Positions 1 through 13,297 are shown, counted from the first letter of the stretch. The stretch is 64,000 nt of DNA from Isurus oxyrinchus (GCA_026770705.1 JANJGN010000189.1:1-64000), one strand, 5' to 3'. Notes: a model not told the origin generated them from the sequence alone. Made by a program: numbers and translations.

Positions 1-3000
1 TCCTCATCTCCCTCCTCATCCCCTCCTCATCGCCTCCTCATCCTCCCTCCTCACCTCCCTCCTCATCCCCCTACTCATCCCCCTCCTCATCCCCTCCTCA
101 TCTCCCTCCTCATCCCCTCCTCATCCCCCTCCTCATCCCCCTCCTCATCCCCTCCTCAACTCCGTCCTCATGCCCCTCCTCATCCCCTCCTCATCCTCCT
201 CCTCATCTCCCACCTCATCCCCTCCTCAACTCCCTCCTCACCCCACTCCTCATCCCCTTCTCATCCCCCTCCTCATCTCCTCTCCTCATCCTCCTCCTCA
301 TCCCCTCTCCTCATCCCCTCCTCATCTCCCTCCTCATCCTCCCTCCTCATCCCCTCCTCATCCCCCTCATCAACCCCTCCTCAATCCCCCTCTTCATCCC
401 CTCCTCATCCTCCTCCTCATCTCCCTCCTCATCCCCCTCCTCATCCCCCTCTCATTCCCCTCCTCATCTCCCTCCTCATCTCCCTCCTCATCACCCTCCT
501 CATCCCCCTCCTCATCTCCCTCCTCTTCCTCCTCCTCAAATCCCTCCTCATCCTCATCCTCATCCCCCTCCTCATCCCTCTCCTCATCCCCCTCCTCATC
601 CCCCTCCTCATCCCCCCCATCTACCTCCTCATCTCCCTCCTCTTCCTCCTCCTCTTCCCCCTCTGCATCATCTCCCTCCTCATCTCCCACCTCATCCCCC
701 TCCTCATTCCCCCCTCCTCATCTCCCTCCTTATCACCTCCTTATTTCCCTGCTCATCTCCCTCCTCATCCCCCTCCTCATCCACCTTCTCATCCCCCTCC
801 TCATCCTCATCCCCTCCTCATCTCACTCCTCATCCCCCTCCTCTTCCCCTCGTCATCCCCTCCTCATCCCCCTCCTCATCCACTCCTCATCCTCCTCCTC
901 ATCTCCCTCCTCATCCCCTCCTCATCCCCTCCTCCTCCTCCTCCTCATCTCCCTCCTCATCCCCTCCTCATCGCCTCCTCATCCTCCTCCTCACCTCCCT
1001 CCTCATCCCCTACTCATCCCCCTCCTCATCCCCTCCTCATCTCCCTCCTCATCTCCCTCCTCATCCCCCCTCCTCATCCCCCTCCTCATCCCCTCCTCAA
1101 CTCCCTCCTCATGCCCCTCCTCATCCCCTCCTCATCCTCCTCCTCATCTCCCACCTCATCCCCTCCTCAACTCCCTCCTCACCCCAATCCTCATCCCCTT
1201 CTCATCCCCCTCCTCATCCCCTCCTCATCCTCCTCCTCATCTCCCTCCTCATCCCCCTCCTCATCCCCTCCTCATCCCCCTCCTCATCCCTCTCCTCATC
1301 CCCTCCTCATCCCCTCCTCATCTCCCTCCTCATCCCCTCCTCATCCCCTCATCAACCCCTCCTCATCCCCCTCTTCATCCCCTCCTCATCCTCCTCCTCA
1401 TCTCCCTCCTCATCCCCCTCCTCATCCCCCTCCTCATCCCCTCCTCATCTCCCTCCTCATCTCCCTCCTCATCCCCCTCCTCATCCCCCTCCTCATCTCC
1501 CTCCTCTTCCACCTCCTCAACATCCCCTCCTCATCTCCCTCCTCATCCACCTCCTCAATCCCCCTCATCCTCATCCTCTCCCCTCCTCATCTCTCCTCCT
1601 CATCCCCCTCTCATCCCCCTCCTCATCCCCCTCCTCATCCTCCTCCTCCTCATCCCCCCATCTACTCTCATCTCCCTCCTCTTCCTCCTCCTCTTCCCCC
1701 TCCGCATCATATCCCTCCTCATCTCCCCTACCTCATCCCCCTCCTCATTCCCTCTCACCTCCTATCCCAGCTCCTCTCCTCATCCCCCTCCTCATCGCCC
1801 TTCTCATCCCCCTCCTCATCCTCATCCCCTCCTCATCTCCCTCCTCATCCCCCTCCTCTTCCCCTCGTCATCCCCTCCTCATCCCCCTCCTCATCCACTC
1901 CTCATCCTCCTCCTCATCTCCCTCCTCATCCCCTCCTCATCCCCTCCTCCTCCTCCTCCTCATCTCCCTCCTCATCCCCTCCTCATCGCCTCCTCATCCT
2001 CCTCCTCACCACCCTCCTCATCCCCCTACTCATCCCCCTCCTCATTCCCTCCTCATCTCCCTCCTCATCCCCCTCCTCATCCCCCTCCTCATCCCCTCCT
2101 CAACTCCCTCCTCATCTCCCTCCTCATCCCCTCCTCATCTCCCTCCTCATCTCCCTCCTCATCCCCTTCCTCATCCCCCTCCTCATCCCCCTCCTCACCC
2201 CCCTCCTTATCTCCCTCCTCATCCCCTCCTCATCCCCCTCCTCATCCCATTCTCATCCTCTCCTCATGCCCCTCCCTATCCCTCTCCTCATCCCCCTCCT
2301 CATCTCCCTCCTCATCCCCTCCTCATCCCGCTCCTCATCCCCTCCTCATCCTCCTCCTCATCTCCCTCCTCATCCCCCTCCTCATCCCCTCCTCATCCTC
2401 CTCATCACCCTCCTCGCCCCCTCCTCATCCCCTCCTCATCCTCCTCCTCATCTCCCTCCTCATGCCCTCATCATCCCCTCCTCATCCCCCTCCTCATCCC
2501 CTCCTCATCATCCTCCTCATCTCCCTCCTCATCACCCTCCTCATCCCCTCCTCATCCTCCTCCTCATCCCCTCCTCATCCTCCTCCTCATCTCCCTCCTC
2601 ATCCCCCTCCTCATCCCCTCCTCATCCTCCTCCTCATCCCTCTCCTCATCCCCTCCTCATCCCCTCATCTCCCTCCTCATCCCCTCCTCATCCCCTCATC
2701 AACCCCTCCTCATCCCCCTCTTCATCCCCTCCTCATCCTCCTCCTCATCTCCCTCCTCATCCCCCTCCTCATCCTCCTCCTCATCCCCTCCTCATCTCCC
2801 TCCTCATCTCCCTCCTCATCCCCCTCCTCATCCCCCTCCTCATCTCCCTCCTCTTCCTCCTCCTCAAATCCCTCCTCATCCTCATCCTCATCCCCCTCCT
2901 CATCCCTCTCCTCATCCCCCTCCTCATCTCCCTCCTCATCTCCCTCCTCATCCCCCTCCTCATCCCCCTCCTCATTCCCCTCCTCATCCTCCTCCTCATC

Positions 3001-6000
3001 CCCCCCCATCTACCTCCTCATCTCCCTCCTCTTCCTCCTCCTCTTCCCCCTCCGCATCATCTCCCTCCTCATCTCCCACCTCATCCCCCTCCTCATCCTC
3101 CTCCTCATTCCCCTCCTTATCACCTCCTTATTTCCCTGCTCATCTCCCTCCTCATCCCCCTCCTCATCCTCCTTCTCATCCCCCTCCTCATCCTCATCCC
3201 CTCCTCATCTCCCTCCTCATCCCCCTCCTCTTCCCCTCGTCATCCCCTCCTCATCCCCCTCCTCATCCACTCCTCATCCTCCTCCTCATCTCCCTCCTCA
3301 TCCCCTCCTCATCCCCTCCTCCTCCTCCTCCTCATCTCCCTCCTCATCCCCTCCTCATTGCCTCCTCATCCTCCTCCTCACCTCCCTCCTCATCCCCCTA
3401 CTCATCCCCCTCCTCATTCCCTCCTCATCTCCCTCCTCATCTCCCTCCTCATCCCCCTCCTCATCCCCCTCCTCATCCCCTCCTCAAATCCCTCCTCATG
3501 CCCCTCCTCATCGCCTCCTCATCCTCCTCCTCATCTCCCTCCTCATCCCCTCCTCAACTCCCTCCTCATCCCCCTCCTCATCCCCTCCTCATCTCCCTCC
3601 TCATCTCCCTCCTCATCCCCCGCCTCATCCCCCTCCTCATCCCCTCCTCATCTCCCTCCTCATCTCCCTCCTCATCCCCTTCCTCATCCCCCTCCTCATC
3701 CCCCTCCTCACCCCCCTGCTCATCTCCCTCCTCATCCCCCTCCTCATCCCCTCCTCATCCCCCTCCTCATCCCCTTCTCATCCTCTCCTCATCCCCCTCC
3801 CTATCCCTGTCCTCATCCCCCTCCTCATCTCCCTCCTCATCCCCTCCTCATCCCGCTCCTCATCCCCTCCTCATCCTCCTCCTCATCTCCCTCCTCAGCC
3901 CCCTCCTCATCCCCTCCTCATCCTCCTCATCACCCTCCTCGCCCCCAACTCATCCCCACCTCATCCTCCTCCTCATCTCCCTCCTCATGCCCTCATCATC
4001 CCCTCCTCATCCCCCTCCTCTTCCCCTCCTCATCATCCTCCTCATCTCCCTCCTCATCACCCTCCTCATCCCCTCCTTATCCTCCTCCTCATCTCCCTCC
4101 TCATCCCTTCCTCATCCTCCTCCTCATCTCCCTCCTCATTTCCCTCCTCATCCCCTCCTCATCCTCCTCCTCATCTCCCTCCTCATCCCCTCTTCATCCC
4201 CCTCCTCATTCCCCTCCTCATCCCCCTCCACCTCCCCCTCCCCCTCCTCATTCCCCTCCTCATCTCGATCCTCATCCCCCTCCTCATTCCCCTCCACATC
4301 CTCCCCTTCATCCCCTCATCATCCCCTCCACTTCCCCCTCCTCATCTACCTCCTCATCTCCCTCCTCATCCCCCTCCTCATCCCCCTCCTCATTCCCCTC
4401 CTCATCCTCCTCCTCATCCCCCCTCATCTACCTCCTCATCTCCCTCCTCTTCCTCCTCCTCTACCCCCTCCGCATCATCTCCCTCCTCATCTCCCACCTC
4501 ATCCCCCTCCTCATCCCCCTCCTCATTCCCCTCCTTATCACCTCCTCATCTCCCTGCTCATCTCCCTCCTCATCCCCCTCCTCATCCCCCTCCTCATCCT
4601 CATCCCCTCCTCATCTCCCTCCTCATCCCTCTCCTCTTCCCCTCGTCATCCCCTCCTCATCCCCCTCCTCATCCACTCCTTATCCTCCTCCTCATCTCCC
4701 TCCTCCTCCTCCTCATCTCCCTCCTCATCCCCCTCCTCATCGCCTCCTCATCCTCCTCCTCACCTCCCTCCTCATCCCCCTCCTCATCCCCCTCCTCATC
4801 CCCTCCTCATCTCCCTCCTCATCCCCTCCTCAACTCACTCCTCATCCCCCTCCTCATCCCCTTCGCATCCCCTCCTCATCCCCCCATCCCTCTCCTCATT
4901 CCCCTCCTCATCTGCCTCCTCATCCCCTTCTCATCCCCCTCCTCATCCCCTCCTCATCCTCCTCCTCATCTCCCTCCTCATCCCCCTCCTCATCCCCTCC
5001 TCATCCTCCTCCTCATCCCCCTCCTCATCCCCTCCTCATCCCCTCCTCATCTCCCTCCTCATCCCCTCCTCATCCCCTCATCATCCCCTCCTCATCCCCC
5101 TCTTCATCCCCTCCTCATCCTCCTCCTCATCTCTCTCCTCATCCCCCTCCTCATCCCCCTCCTCATCTCCCTCCTCTTCCTCCTCCTCAACTCCCTCCTC
5201 ATTCTCCTCCTCATCCCCCTCCTCATCCCTCTCCTCATCCCCCTCCTCGTCTCCCTCCTCATCTCCCTCCTCATCCCCCTCCTCATCCCCCTCCTCATTC
5301 CCCTCCTCATCTTCCTCCTCATCCCCCCCTCATCTACCTCCTCATCTCCCTCCTCTTCCTCCTCCTCTTCCCCCTCCGCATCATCTCCCTCCTCATCTCC
5401 CACCTCATCCCCCTCCTCATCCCCCTCCTCATTCCCCTCCTTATCACCTCCTCATTTCCCTGCTCATCTCCCTCCTCATCCCCCTCCTCATCCCCCTCCT
5501 CATCCCCCTCCTCATCCTCATCCCCTCCTCATCTCCCTCCTCATCCCCCTCCTCTTCCCCTCGTCATCCCCTCCTCATCCCCCTCCTCATCCACTCCTCA
5601 TCCTCCTCCTCATCTCCCTCCTCATCCCCTCCTCATCCCCTCCTCCTCCTCCTCCTCATCTCCCTCCTCATCCCCCTCCTCATCGCCTCCTCATCCTCCT
5701 CCTCACCTCCCTCCTCATCCCCCTCCTCATCCCCCTCCTCATTCCCTCCTCATCTCCCTCCTCATCTCCCTCCTCATCCCCCTCCTCATCCCCCTCCTCA
5801 TCTCCCTCCTAATCTCTCCTCATTCCCCTCCTCATCCCCCTCCTCATCCCCTCCCCAACTCCCTCCTCATGCCCCTCCTCATCCCCTCCTCATCCTCCTG
5901 CTCATCTCTCTCCTCATCCCCTCCTCAACTCCCTCCTCATCCCCCTCCTCGTCCCCTTCGCATCCCCTCCTCATCCCCCTCCCTATCCCTCTCCTCATCC

Positions 6001-6480
6001 CCCCTCATCTCCCTCCTCATCCCCTCCTCATCCCCCTCCACATCCCCTCCTCATCCTCCTCCTCATCTCCCTCCTCATCCCCCTCCTCATCCCCTCCTCA
6101 TCCTCCTCCTCATCCCGGCCTCATCCCTTCCTCACCCCCTCCTCATCTCCCTCCTCATCCCCTCCTCATCCCCTCATCATCCCCTCCTCATCCCCCTCTT
6201 CATCCCCTCCTCATCCTCCTCCTCATCTCCCTCCTCATCCCCCTCCTCATTCCCCTCCTCATCCCCTCCTCATCTCCCTCCTCATCTCCCTCCTCATCCC
6301 CCTCCTCATCCCCCTCCTCATCTCCCTCCTCTTCCTCCTCCTCAACTCCCTCCTCATCCTCCTCCTCATCCCCCTCCTCATCCCCCTCCTCATCTCCCTC
6401 CTCATCCCGCTCCTCATCCCCTCCTCATCTCCCTCCTCATCCCCCTCCTCATCCCCCTCCTCATCCCCCTCCTCATCCCC
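1..6480. repeat. Long pyrimidine-rich satellite of variant (C)CCTCCTCAT(C) units with higher-order repeats
   Basis: Almost G-free plus strand built from 9-13 nt units. Rare marker words such as ctcttcccctcgtcatcc recur at about 840, 1857, 3229, 4635 and 5552. Confidence 0.97.
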
Positions 6481-6925
6481 CTTTGTGTGAAGAAGTGCTT
6501 CCTGACATCACCCCCTGAACGGCCTGGCTCCAATTTTAAGGTTCTGCCCCCTTGTTCTGGACCCCCGCTCACCTCACCCCCACCCCCACCCCCCACCCCC
6601 ACCCCCTCACCTCACCCCCACCCCCACCCCCCACCCCCACCCCCTCACCTCACCCCCACCACCAGGGGAAATAGTTTCTCTCTGTTGACCCCATCGAATC
6701 CTTTAATCATCTTAAACCCCTCGATTAGATCACCCCTTAATCTTCGAGACTCGAGGGAACACAAGCCTGGTCTGTGCAACCTGTCCTCGGGATTTAACCC
6801 TTTCAGCCCCGGGATCGTTCTGGTGACTCTGGGCTGCAGCCCCTCCGAGGACAATATCCCCTCCCTGAGGTGCGGGGTCCAGGACTGACCCCAGTGACTA
6901 CAGGTGGGGTCTGAGAGGAGCTTTA
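6481..6925 (-). mobile_element. CR1 LINE ORF2 C-terminal fragment
   Basis: Minus-strand translation ...LCSLESRRLRGDLIEGFKMIKGFDGVNREKLFP...GDVRKHFFTQR is typical of the CR1 ORF2 C-terminus. Confidence 0.85.
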
Positions 6926-6964
6926 GAAAACTGTGCCGGACACTTCAAAAACTTCTTAAACACA

Positions 6965-7325
6965 ACCCTGTATCGAGTGCCTTAGAATACTGGGGCCAAT
7001 ATTTACCCCCAACTAACACCCTAAAAACAGATGGTCTGGCTCATTCTCACATTGCTGTTTGTGGGAGCTTGCTGTGCGCAAATTGACTGTGGTGTTTCCT
7101 ACATTACAACGGGGAACTGCACTTCAAAGATAGTCCTTCATTCCCTGAGAAATGTTTTTGAACAGTGGATGCTGTGGAACAGTAGGAAACATGGCAGACA
7201 ATTTCTGCACAGCAGGATCCCACAAACAGCAGTGAGATACAGACCCAGAACATCTGTTTTTTTTTAATGATGTTGGTTTAGGGATAAATATTGGTCCCAG
7301 GACACTGGGGATAACTGCCCCACCC
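6965..7325. mobile_element. Two SINE core fragments in inverted orientation
   Basis: ggggccaatattta...gtttgtgggagcttgctgtgcgcaaatt (about 6990-7085) is mirrored by aatttctgcacagcaggatcccacaaac...taaatattggtccc (about 7200-7300). Confidence 0.7.
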
Positions 7326-7954
7326 GACTCCATACCCACCCCCTACACTTCACCCAAAAAGTGTCCATGGGGTTTTTGACATCCATCCAAGGTGTCCACT
7401 CTGTGGCTGTTCCAGGATCTTGAGGCTCAAGACCCAACATTGGGTTCACTTTGAGCCTATCCAATCGGGCACAGGGACTGTTCCCACGAACTGCCAGGCC
7501 CTGTCTTAAGCCTATTGTTCCCTCGCGGCATGAGAGGGATGATGGGTTGAAGGTCATCTTTCACCCGAATCCTGTCTTAACAACATTGTAAACGCAGTAG
7601 GAAAAATCCAACTGGCCCCTTGTATCTTAACAACATCGTAAACATGACCTAAAGAATCCCCTGGTCACCCCTGAGTTTTTCTAATATTGTAAACACAGTG
7701 GATATATTTCCTCCATCTTCTGAGAGGTAAAACTATGACACTAGAGCACCGCCACTGGCAGGAGGTTGTAACTACAGTGTGACATGTTTACATGGGAATG
7801 TTACATTACAAACGAAGGTACATGATTGTAAATAATGAAAAGGGCATGTGATAACAGGAAATGGTGCCTTGGAGAATTTAGTTATTCACCAGAGTATGGT
7901 ATTTCATTTGAAAAACAATATAGAGAAATGTCTGAGCATTTTAATTGCTTGTTT

Positions 7955-10058
7955 TTTATATTCATTTATGGGATGTGGACGGAACTGGCGAGGCCAGAAT
8001 TATTGCCCATCCCTAATTGCCCTTGAGAATATGGTAATGAGCTGCCTTCTTGAACTGTTGCAGTCCATGTGGTGTAGGTACACCCACAATGCTGTTAGGG
8101 AGGGAGTTCCAGAATTAGGACGCAGTGACTGTGAAGGAACGGCCGATATATTTCCAAGTCAGGATAGTGAGTGACTTGGAGGGTAACTTCCAGGTGGTGG
8201 TGTTACCATGTATCTGCTGACCTGTACTTTGAGATGGTAGTGGTCGTGTGTTTGAAGGTGCTGCCTAAGGAGTTTTGGTGAGTTCCTGCAGTGCACCTTG
8301 TAGATGGTACACACTGCTGCTACTGTGTGTCGGTTGTGCAGAGAGTGAATGTTTGTGGATGGGGAGCTGAACTAGTGGGGCTGCTTTGTCCTGAGTGGTG
8401 TTGAGTTTATTGAATCTTGTTGGAGCTGCACTCATCCAGGCAAGTGGAGAGTCTTCCATCACACTCCTGACCTGTGCCTTGAAGACGGTGGACAGGATTT
8501 GGGGAGTCTGGAGTGAGTTACTCACTGCATGATTCCCAGCCTCTGACCTGCTCTTGAAACCACAGTATTTTTATGGCTGGTCCAGTACAATTTCTGGTCA
8601 ATGGTAACCACCAGGATGTTGATAGTGGGGTATTCAGCAGTGGTAATGTCATTGAACATCAAGGAGCGATAGTTAGATTCTCTCTTATGCAGATGGTCAT
8701 TGCCTGACACTTGTCAGCCCAAGCCTGGATATTGTCCAGGTCTTGCTGCATTTGGACAAGGACTGCTTCAGTATCTGAGGAGTCGTGAATGGTGCTGAAC
8801 ATTGTGCAATCATCAGTGAACATCCACACTTCTGTCCTTATGATGGAAGGAAGGTCATTGATGAAGCAGCTGAAGGTGGTTGGGCCTTGGACACTACCCT
8901 GAGTAACTCCTGCAGTGATGTCCTGGAACTGAGATGATTGACCTCCAACAACCACAACTATCTTCCTTTGTGCTGGGTATGGCTCCAACCAGTGGAGAGT
9001 TTTCCCTCTGTTATGATGTGGTAGATGATGTGTGCCAGGGGACCAAATCCACAAGGGAAACTTGGTCACACTATCACAACGGTTTTGCAATTTGTATTTA
9101 TTATGAGATGTGTGCACTGAATTCAGGAGTAATGTGTCAACCAAGACATTTAGAGAGCTTAAAAATTAAATTTTAATATTTATTTAAGATTTAAAGCGCA
9201 CACATAAGGATACGGTTACTACTATAACAAATCCTAAACTTCCTAATTAACCTTGAAGATGGTGGTCAGGCATTGGGAAGTCTGGAAGTGAGCAGTAAAA
9301 CTCCTTTTAGGCAATAAACCAAAATAGATTTCAGATTTAAAAACAAAACCAGCAAGTTAACACAAAACACACTTGAGAGTGGATTTCCAAATGGCTTTCT
9401 CGAACGACAGTCACTGAACATAACAGACCTATGGACAAATGCCTGGAGGCTTCTTCAAGGCTGATTCACACACTCTTGTTAGATTTTACATGGTCCCCAA
9501 AATAGCCTTTCATTCTCCTTTGTTGATGTTTCTCTCTCTTTGATATGTAAATTTCATTGTTCCAAATGTCTTGGGAATTATACTTTTCCCATAATATAAA
9601 AACTTTCATGTTGCCAATGTTGTCAATAACCTGTGGGAAAAATAAACACACTCCTTTGCCTTGCATATCGGCCTCGTTGTAAACAGACCAACAGCCCTTT
9701 GAAATCCAAACAATCACGTCACTTATCTAAAAATGCAAATTCCCTTTCTCACCTCACATGCAAAGAAAGCCTCTATGTTCACTCATTAGCATTTCAAGTA
9801 CATTTCTACACCTAGCTTCTTCTGATAATCTCAAACTTGCAGTCTACCTGACTCCAGATGTAATTAAACCACACAGACAGACCCATCTACACTCACACCC
9901 ATAAACCTAGTTTACAACAAACCAGGAAAATATTATGCAAATTATTATAATTTCGTACCACCCCTGATTCCCATTGACTCCAGTTTTGCTCGGGATCCTA
10001 GATGCCACACTCGGTCAAATGCAGCCTTGATGTCAAAGGCAGTCACTCTCACCTCACC
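7955..10058 (-). mobile_element. Non-LTR retrotransposon (CR1/L2-group) RT and 3' end, interrupted by a solo LTR
   Basis: RT motifs GVTQGSVQGPTTFSCFIND and FTDD in ORF 8659..9144. LINE sequence resumes at 9961 after the LTR. Confidence 0.85.
9009..9960. mobile_element. Solo-LTR-like element nested in the LINE
   Basis: TGTTATGA...CGTACCA termini, imperfect 4-bp TSD cctc/cccc, and continuous LINE sequence on both sides. Related to the elements at 35120 and 45640. Confidence 0.7.
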
Positions 10059-10250
10059 TTGTATTAACAGAAGTAAAATTATACATAATACATAAGCTTC
10101 TCACAATCTTTTACAGCATGGAAAAAGGTGCAGCATTCAGAAAGCTCACTCAGAATCAATAAAAAAAGTTGAGCAACATCATATTTGTGTTCATTACTAT
10201 TTGGCCATGTTGGCTGCACACACCCCACAGCCCCGCTCCCTGTTTCACAC

Positions 10251-10499
10251 TCAGTTTTTCTGGAACCTGATCTGTGTGTATTCCGTGTCCTCGCTCCTGT
10301 GCACAGTCCTGTCACCGCTGGGCAGCTTTGAAAAGTTGATGTTGGCGTAGAAAAGCTCGTCTGGTTTGTCGGGGTTCCCATGTCCAACATCGCCTCCCAC
10401 TGCATCTTCAGAGAGACCCCGGGGAGCTGGGGTCTCCCCCTCGCTAGTTGCGTCTCTCTTTGTGTTCTGGGGCTCAGTAATCAGCACGTTCTGTTCATC
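10251..10499 (-). CDS. Siglec-like gene A, distal terminal cytoplasmic exon (tail type A: intact ITIM LFYANI plus ITSM-like TEYTQI)
   Basis: Acceptor tttctctgtag, phase 0. Encodes DEQNVLITEP...DELFYANINFSKLP...EDTEYTQIRFQKN*, the same layout as CD33-related Siglec tails. Confidence 0.88.
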   Translation of the reverse strand, partial: DEQNVLITEPQNTKRDATSEGETPAPRGLSEDAVGGDVGHGNPDKPDELFYANINFSKLPSGDRTVHRSEDTEYTQIRFQKN

Positions 10500-10963
10500 C
10501 TACAGAGAAATGGAAACAGAAGACATCCTCACATCAATTACTGTTACTGATAGGGTTAAATTATTGTGCAGACTTATTTAATTCTCTCTCTCCTATCGGA
10601 TAAAAGAAACCACCAATGGCAGTGCAGCACTCCCTCAGTACTGACCCTCCAACAGTGCAGCACTCCCTCAGTCCTGACCCTCTGACAATACAGCGCTCCC
10701 TCAGTACTGACCCAACGACAGTGCAGCACTCCCTCAGTACTGACCCTCTGTCAGTGCAGCACTCCCTCAGTACTGACCCTCCAACAGTGCAGCACTCCCT
10801 CAGTACTGACCCTCTGTCAGTCTCGCACTCAATCGGTAATGGCTCTGGTGAGTGACGGCTTGGATGCTGCACACAGGTGCCTGGTGTGAGGCTCAATAAC
10901 ATGAACCTTGTAATCAGAGAGAGGATTAGAGAGAGAGATAGAGATGAAAGAACAGAGACAGAG

Positions 10964-11897
10964 TGTTATGAATCTATTAATGTATGTAATGTAATTGCAA
11001 ACTGTCTTTTTAAACAGAGGTTTAGTCTGTGTGTGTGCCTGTGTGTATTTTAATTGGATTAAAGCCAGCCAGTCTGTGTGCTTTGATGTATAGTAGTTTT
11101 GAGATGTAAACAAAGAGGTAAAGTGGTAATTTGCATTTGTAAATAAAACATTAAATGCCTGAAAGTGAAATCTTAAACCAATCAACGTTTATATTACTAA
11201 TAAAATTGATACGATGAACGGGGATTTATTATTGGAAGAGATGGAGTTCAAAGGTCCTGATGATACATTGCGAATTTACCTTCAAACAGAAGCCATAAGA
11301 CCATAAGACATAGGAGGAGAAATTAGACCATTCGGTCCATCGAGTCTGCTCCACCATTCATACATGGCTGATATGTTTCACAAACCCAATTCTCCAACCT
11401 TCTCTCCTAACCTTTGATCCCCTGACCAATCAAGAGCGTATCAATCTCCGTCTTCTTTACACTCAAGAGCTGGGTATAACTTGAGCAGTTTTGTGTGTGC
11501 AGAGCAGACGCTTGTAACATCAAAGCAGCTGTAAGCCTACACCTGTCTGCAAAAAAACCAAAGTGAAAGGAACTTCATTTGGAATTTGTGAGGTGAAAAT
11601 GCTTTGCCGGGGTGTCTGCTTAAAGACAATGGGTTGTCTTAGAGGAGATTAGTTTGAGAATTTGTTAAAAATTTATGATAATACTAGTTTGTAGCCATGT
11701 GCATATGTTTAACTTGTGTAAATTAATAAATATCTCAAGTAGTTTGATATAAAACCATCTCAAGAACTGGTGGTCTTATTCCTGAATTTAGAGCTGCATC
11801 TCAAACATTCCACTGGGAAATATAGGTTATGACAGTTGTTTAAAGTTTCCCTCTGGGATTTTAAACAACAGCCTTTACCAGTTTCTGTGTCATAACA
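10964..11897. mobile_element. Solo-LTR-like element in the tail-cassette intron (copies also at about 14011-14944, 17020-17953 and 20069-20821)
   Basis: TGTTATGA...TCATAACA inverted termini. Same family as the element starting at 61727. Confidence 0.7.
11294..11468 (-). mobile_element. CR1 3'-end fragment inserted in the solo LTR (present in the three distal cassettes only)
   Basis: (cataagac)n tail followed by CR1 3'UTR-like sequence. The equivalent site near 20394 is empty. Confidence 0.75.
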
Positions 11898-12031
11898 GAG
11901 AGACTGCATGATACTGAAACATTGCTGACTCCACAGGTACAAATCAGTGGGTAACTGGGCTGGGAATCTAGACACGTGTTGTCTACACACTGAGATTGAA
12001 GCTTTGGAGTGAGTGTAAACAGCTCCTGTAC

Positions 12032-12113
12032 CTGGTGCTTCACAGAGAGTGAACTGGGGGTCAATGCAATGTCACTGGTCCCTGAAACTCTCTCCTCCAT
12101 CGCTGTCTTTCTC
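12032..12113 (-). CDS. Gene A juxtamembrane cytoplasmic exon, cassette 4 (distal)
   Basis: ttattgcag acceptor and CAG|gtacag donor. 82 nt, phase 2 to 0, encodes RKTAMEERVSGTSDIALTPSSLSVKHQ and bridges the TM and terminal exon phases exactly. Confidence 0.82.
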
Positions 12114-12254
12114 CTGCAATAACACAATATCACACTGTTGTTATCATATAGCAGAGAGTCAGTGCAGCACAGACACAGAGCCCACTGTAACCTTACACCA
12201 ACGACTGGACTGTCTCTTTAAATCAGTTCTGCACAAAGCACAGAATCAAGAAGC

Positions 12255-12705
12255 TTGACACCATCCACAACAAAGCAGCTCGATTGATCTACACCCCATC
12301 CCCCACATTAAACATTCACTCCCTCCACCACGAACACACAGTGGCAGCAGTGTGTGTACCATCTACAAGATGCACTGCAGCAACTCAGCAAGGCTCCTTC
12401 AACAGCACCTTCCAAACCCACGACCTCTATCATCTAGAAGGACAAGGGCAGCAGACACATGGGAACACCACCACCTGGAAGTTCCCCTCCAAGTCACTCA
12501 CCATCCTGACTTGGAAATATATCACCGTTCCTTCACTGTCGCTGGGTCAAAATCCTGGAACTCCCTCTCTAACAGCACTGTGGGTGTACCTACACCACAT
12601 GGACTGCAGCGGGTCAAGAAGGCAGCTCACCACCACCTTCTCAAGGGCAATTAGGGATGGGCATTAACGCTGACGTCACCAGTGACAGCCACATTCGATG
12701 AAAGA
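12255..12705 (+). mobile_element. LINE 3'-end fragment (repeated at about 15300, 18310 and 21180)
   Basis: Same family as 7955-8500 in the opposite orientation; ends ...aagggcaattagggatgggc. Confidence 0.8.
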
Positions 12706-13065
12706 ATTAAAAATCTCACAGCTCAATGTATTTATTGTGACCCTGCTGCACACACGCCCTGTTGAAGGAGCCTTTGTGGTTCCATTGTTAATCGAAGCAG
12801 ATCAGAGTTACTACAACTACTTGCATTTATATAGCACCTTCAATGTAGCAAAATGTGCAAAGGCTCATCCGGGGCTTGTTAGTGACATCTTCACCTGACT
12901 CTGAGGCACATGAGGAGATATTAGGGACAGGAGACCAACAGCTGAGTCAACAAAGTCAGTTATTAACGGGCATCTTAAAGGAGGAGCTGGAGATAGAGAA
13001 TGAGAGACAGACACAGAAAGAAAGACAGAGAGAGGGAGGGAGAGAGAGAGAGAGAGGGAGAGAGC

Positions 13066-13100
<35 letters not shown>

Positions 13101-13297
13101 TGAATCTCTATCCCCAATGGCTCAGCATCCAGTCATCTCTGGAGAAGCATTTCATTCCAAACCACACCAACCGCAGCCCAATTCCATCCCTTCCTCCCTC
13201 TCTCCCCCTCTCCCCCAGTGGGTTGTTTCCTGTTCCCAGGAATCTCAATCACTACCCCCACCCTGATACCTCCTCACTCACTCTCCCCATTTCTCAT

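Noticed and set aside
170-6888. 1000-1900 aa Pro/Ser/Leu/His ORFs in all three plus frames
   Set aside because: Artefact of a nearly G-free satellite that rarely forms stop codons. Unit lengths are not multiples of three and the same peptides appear in every frame.
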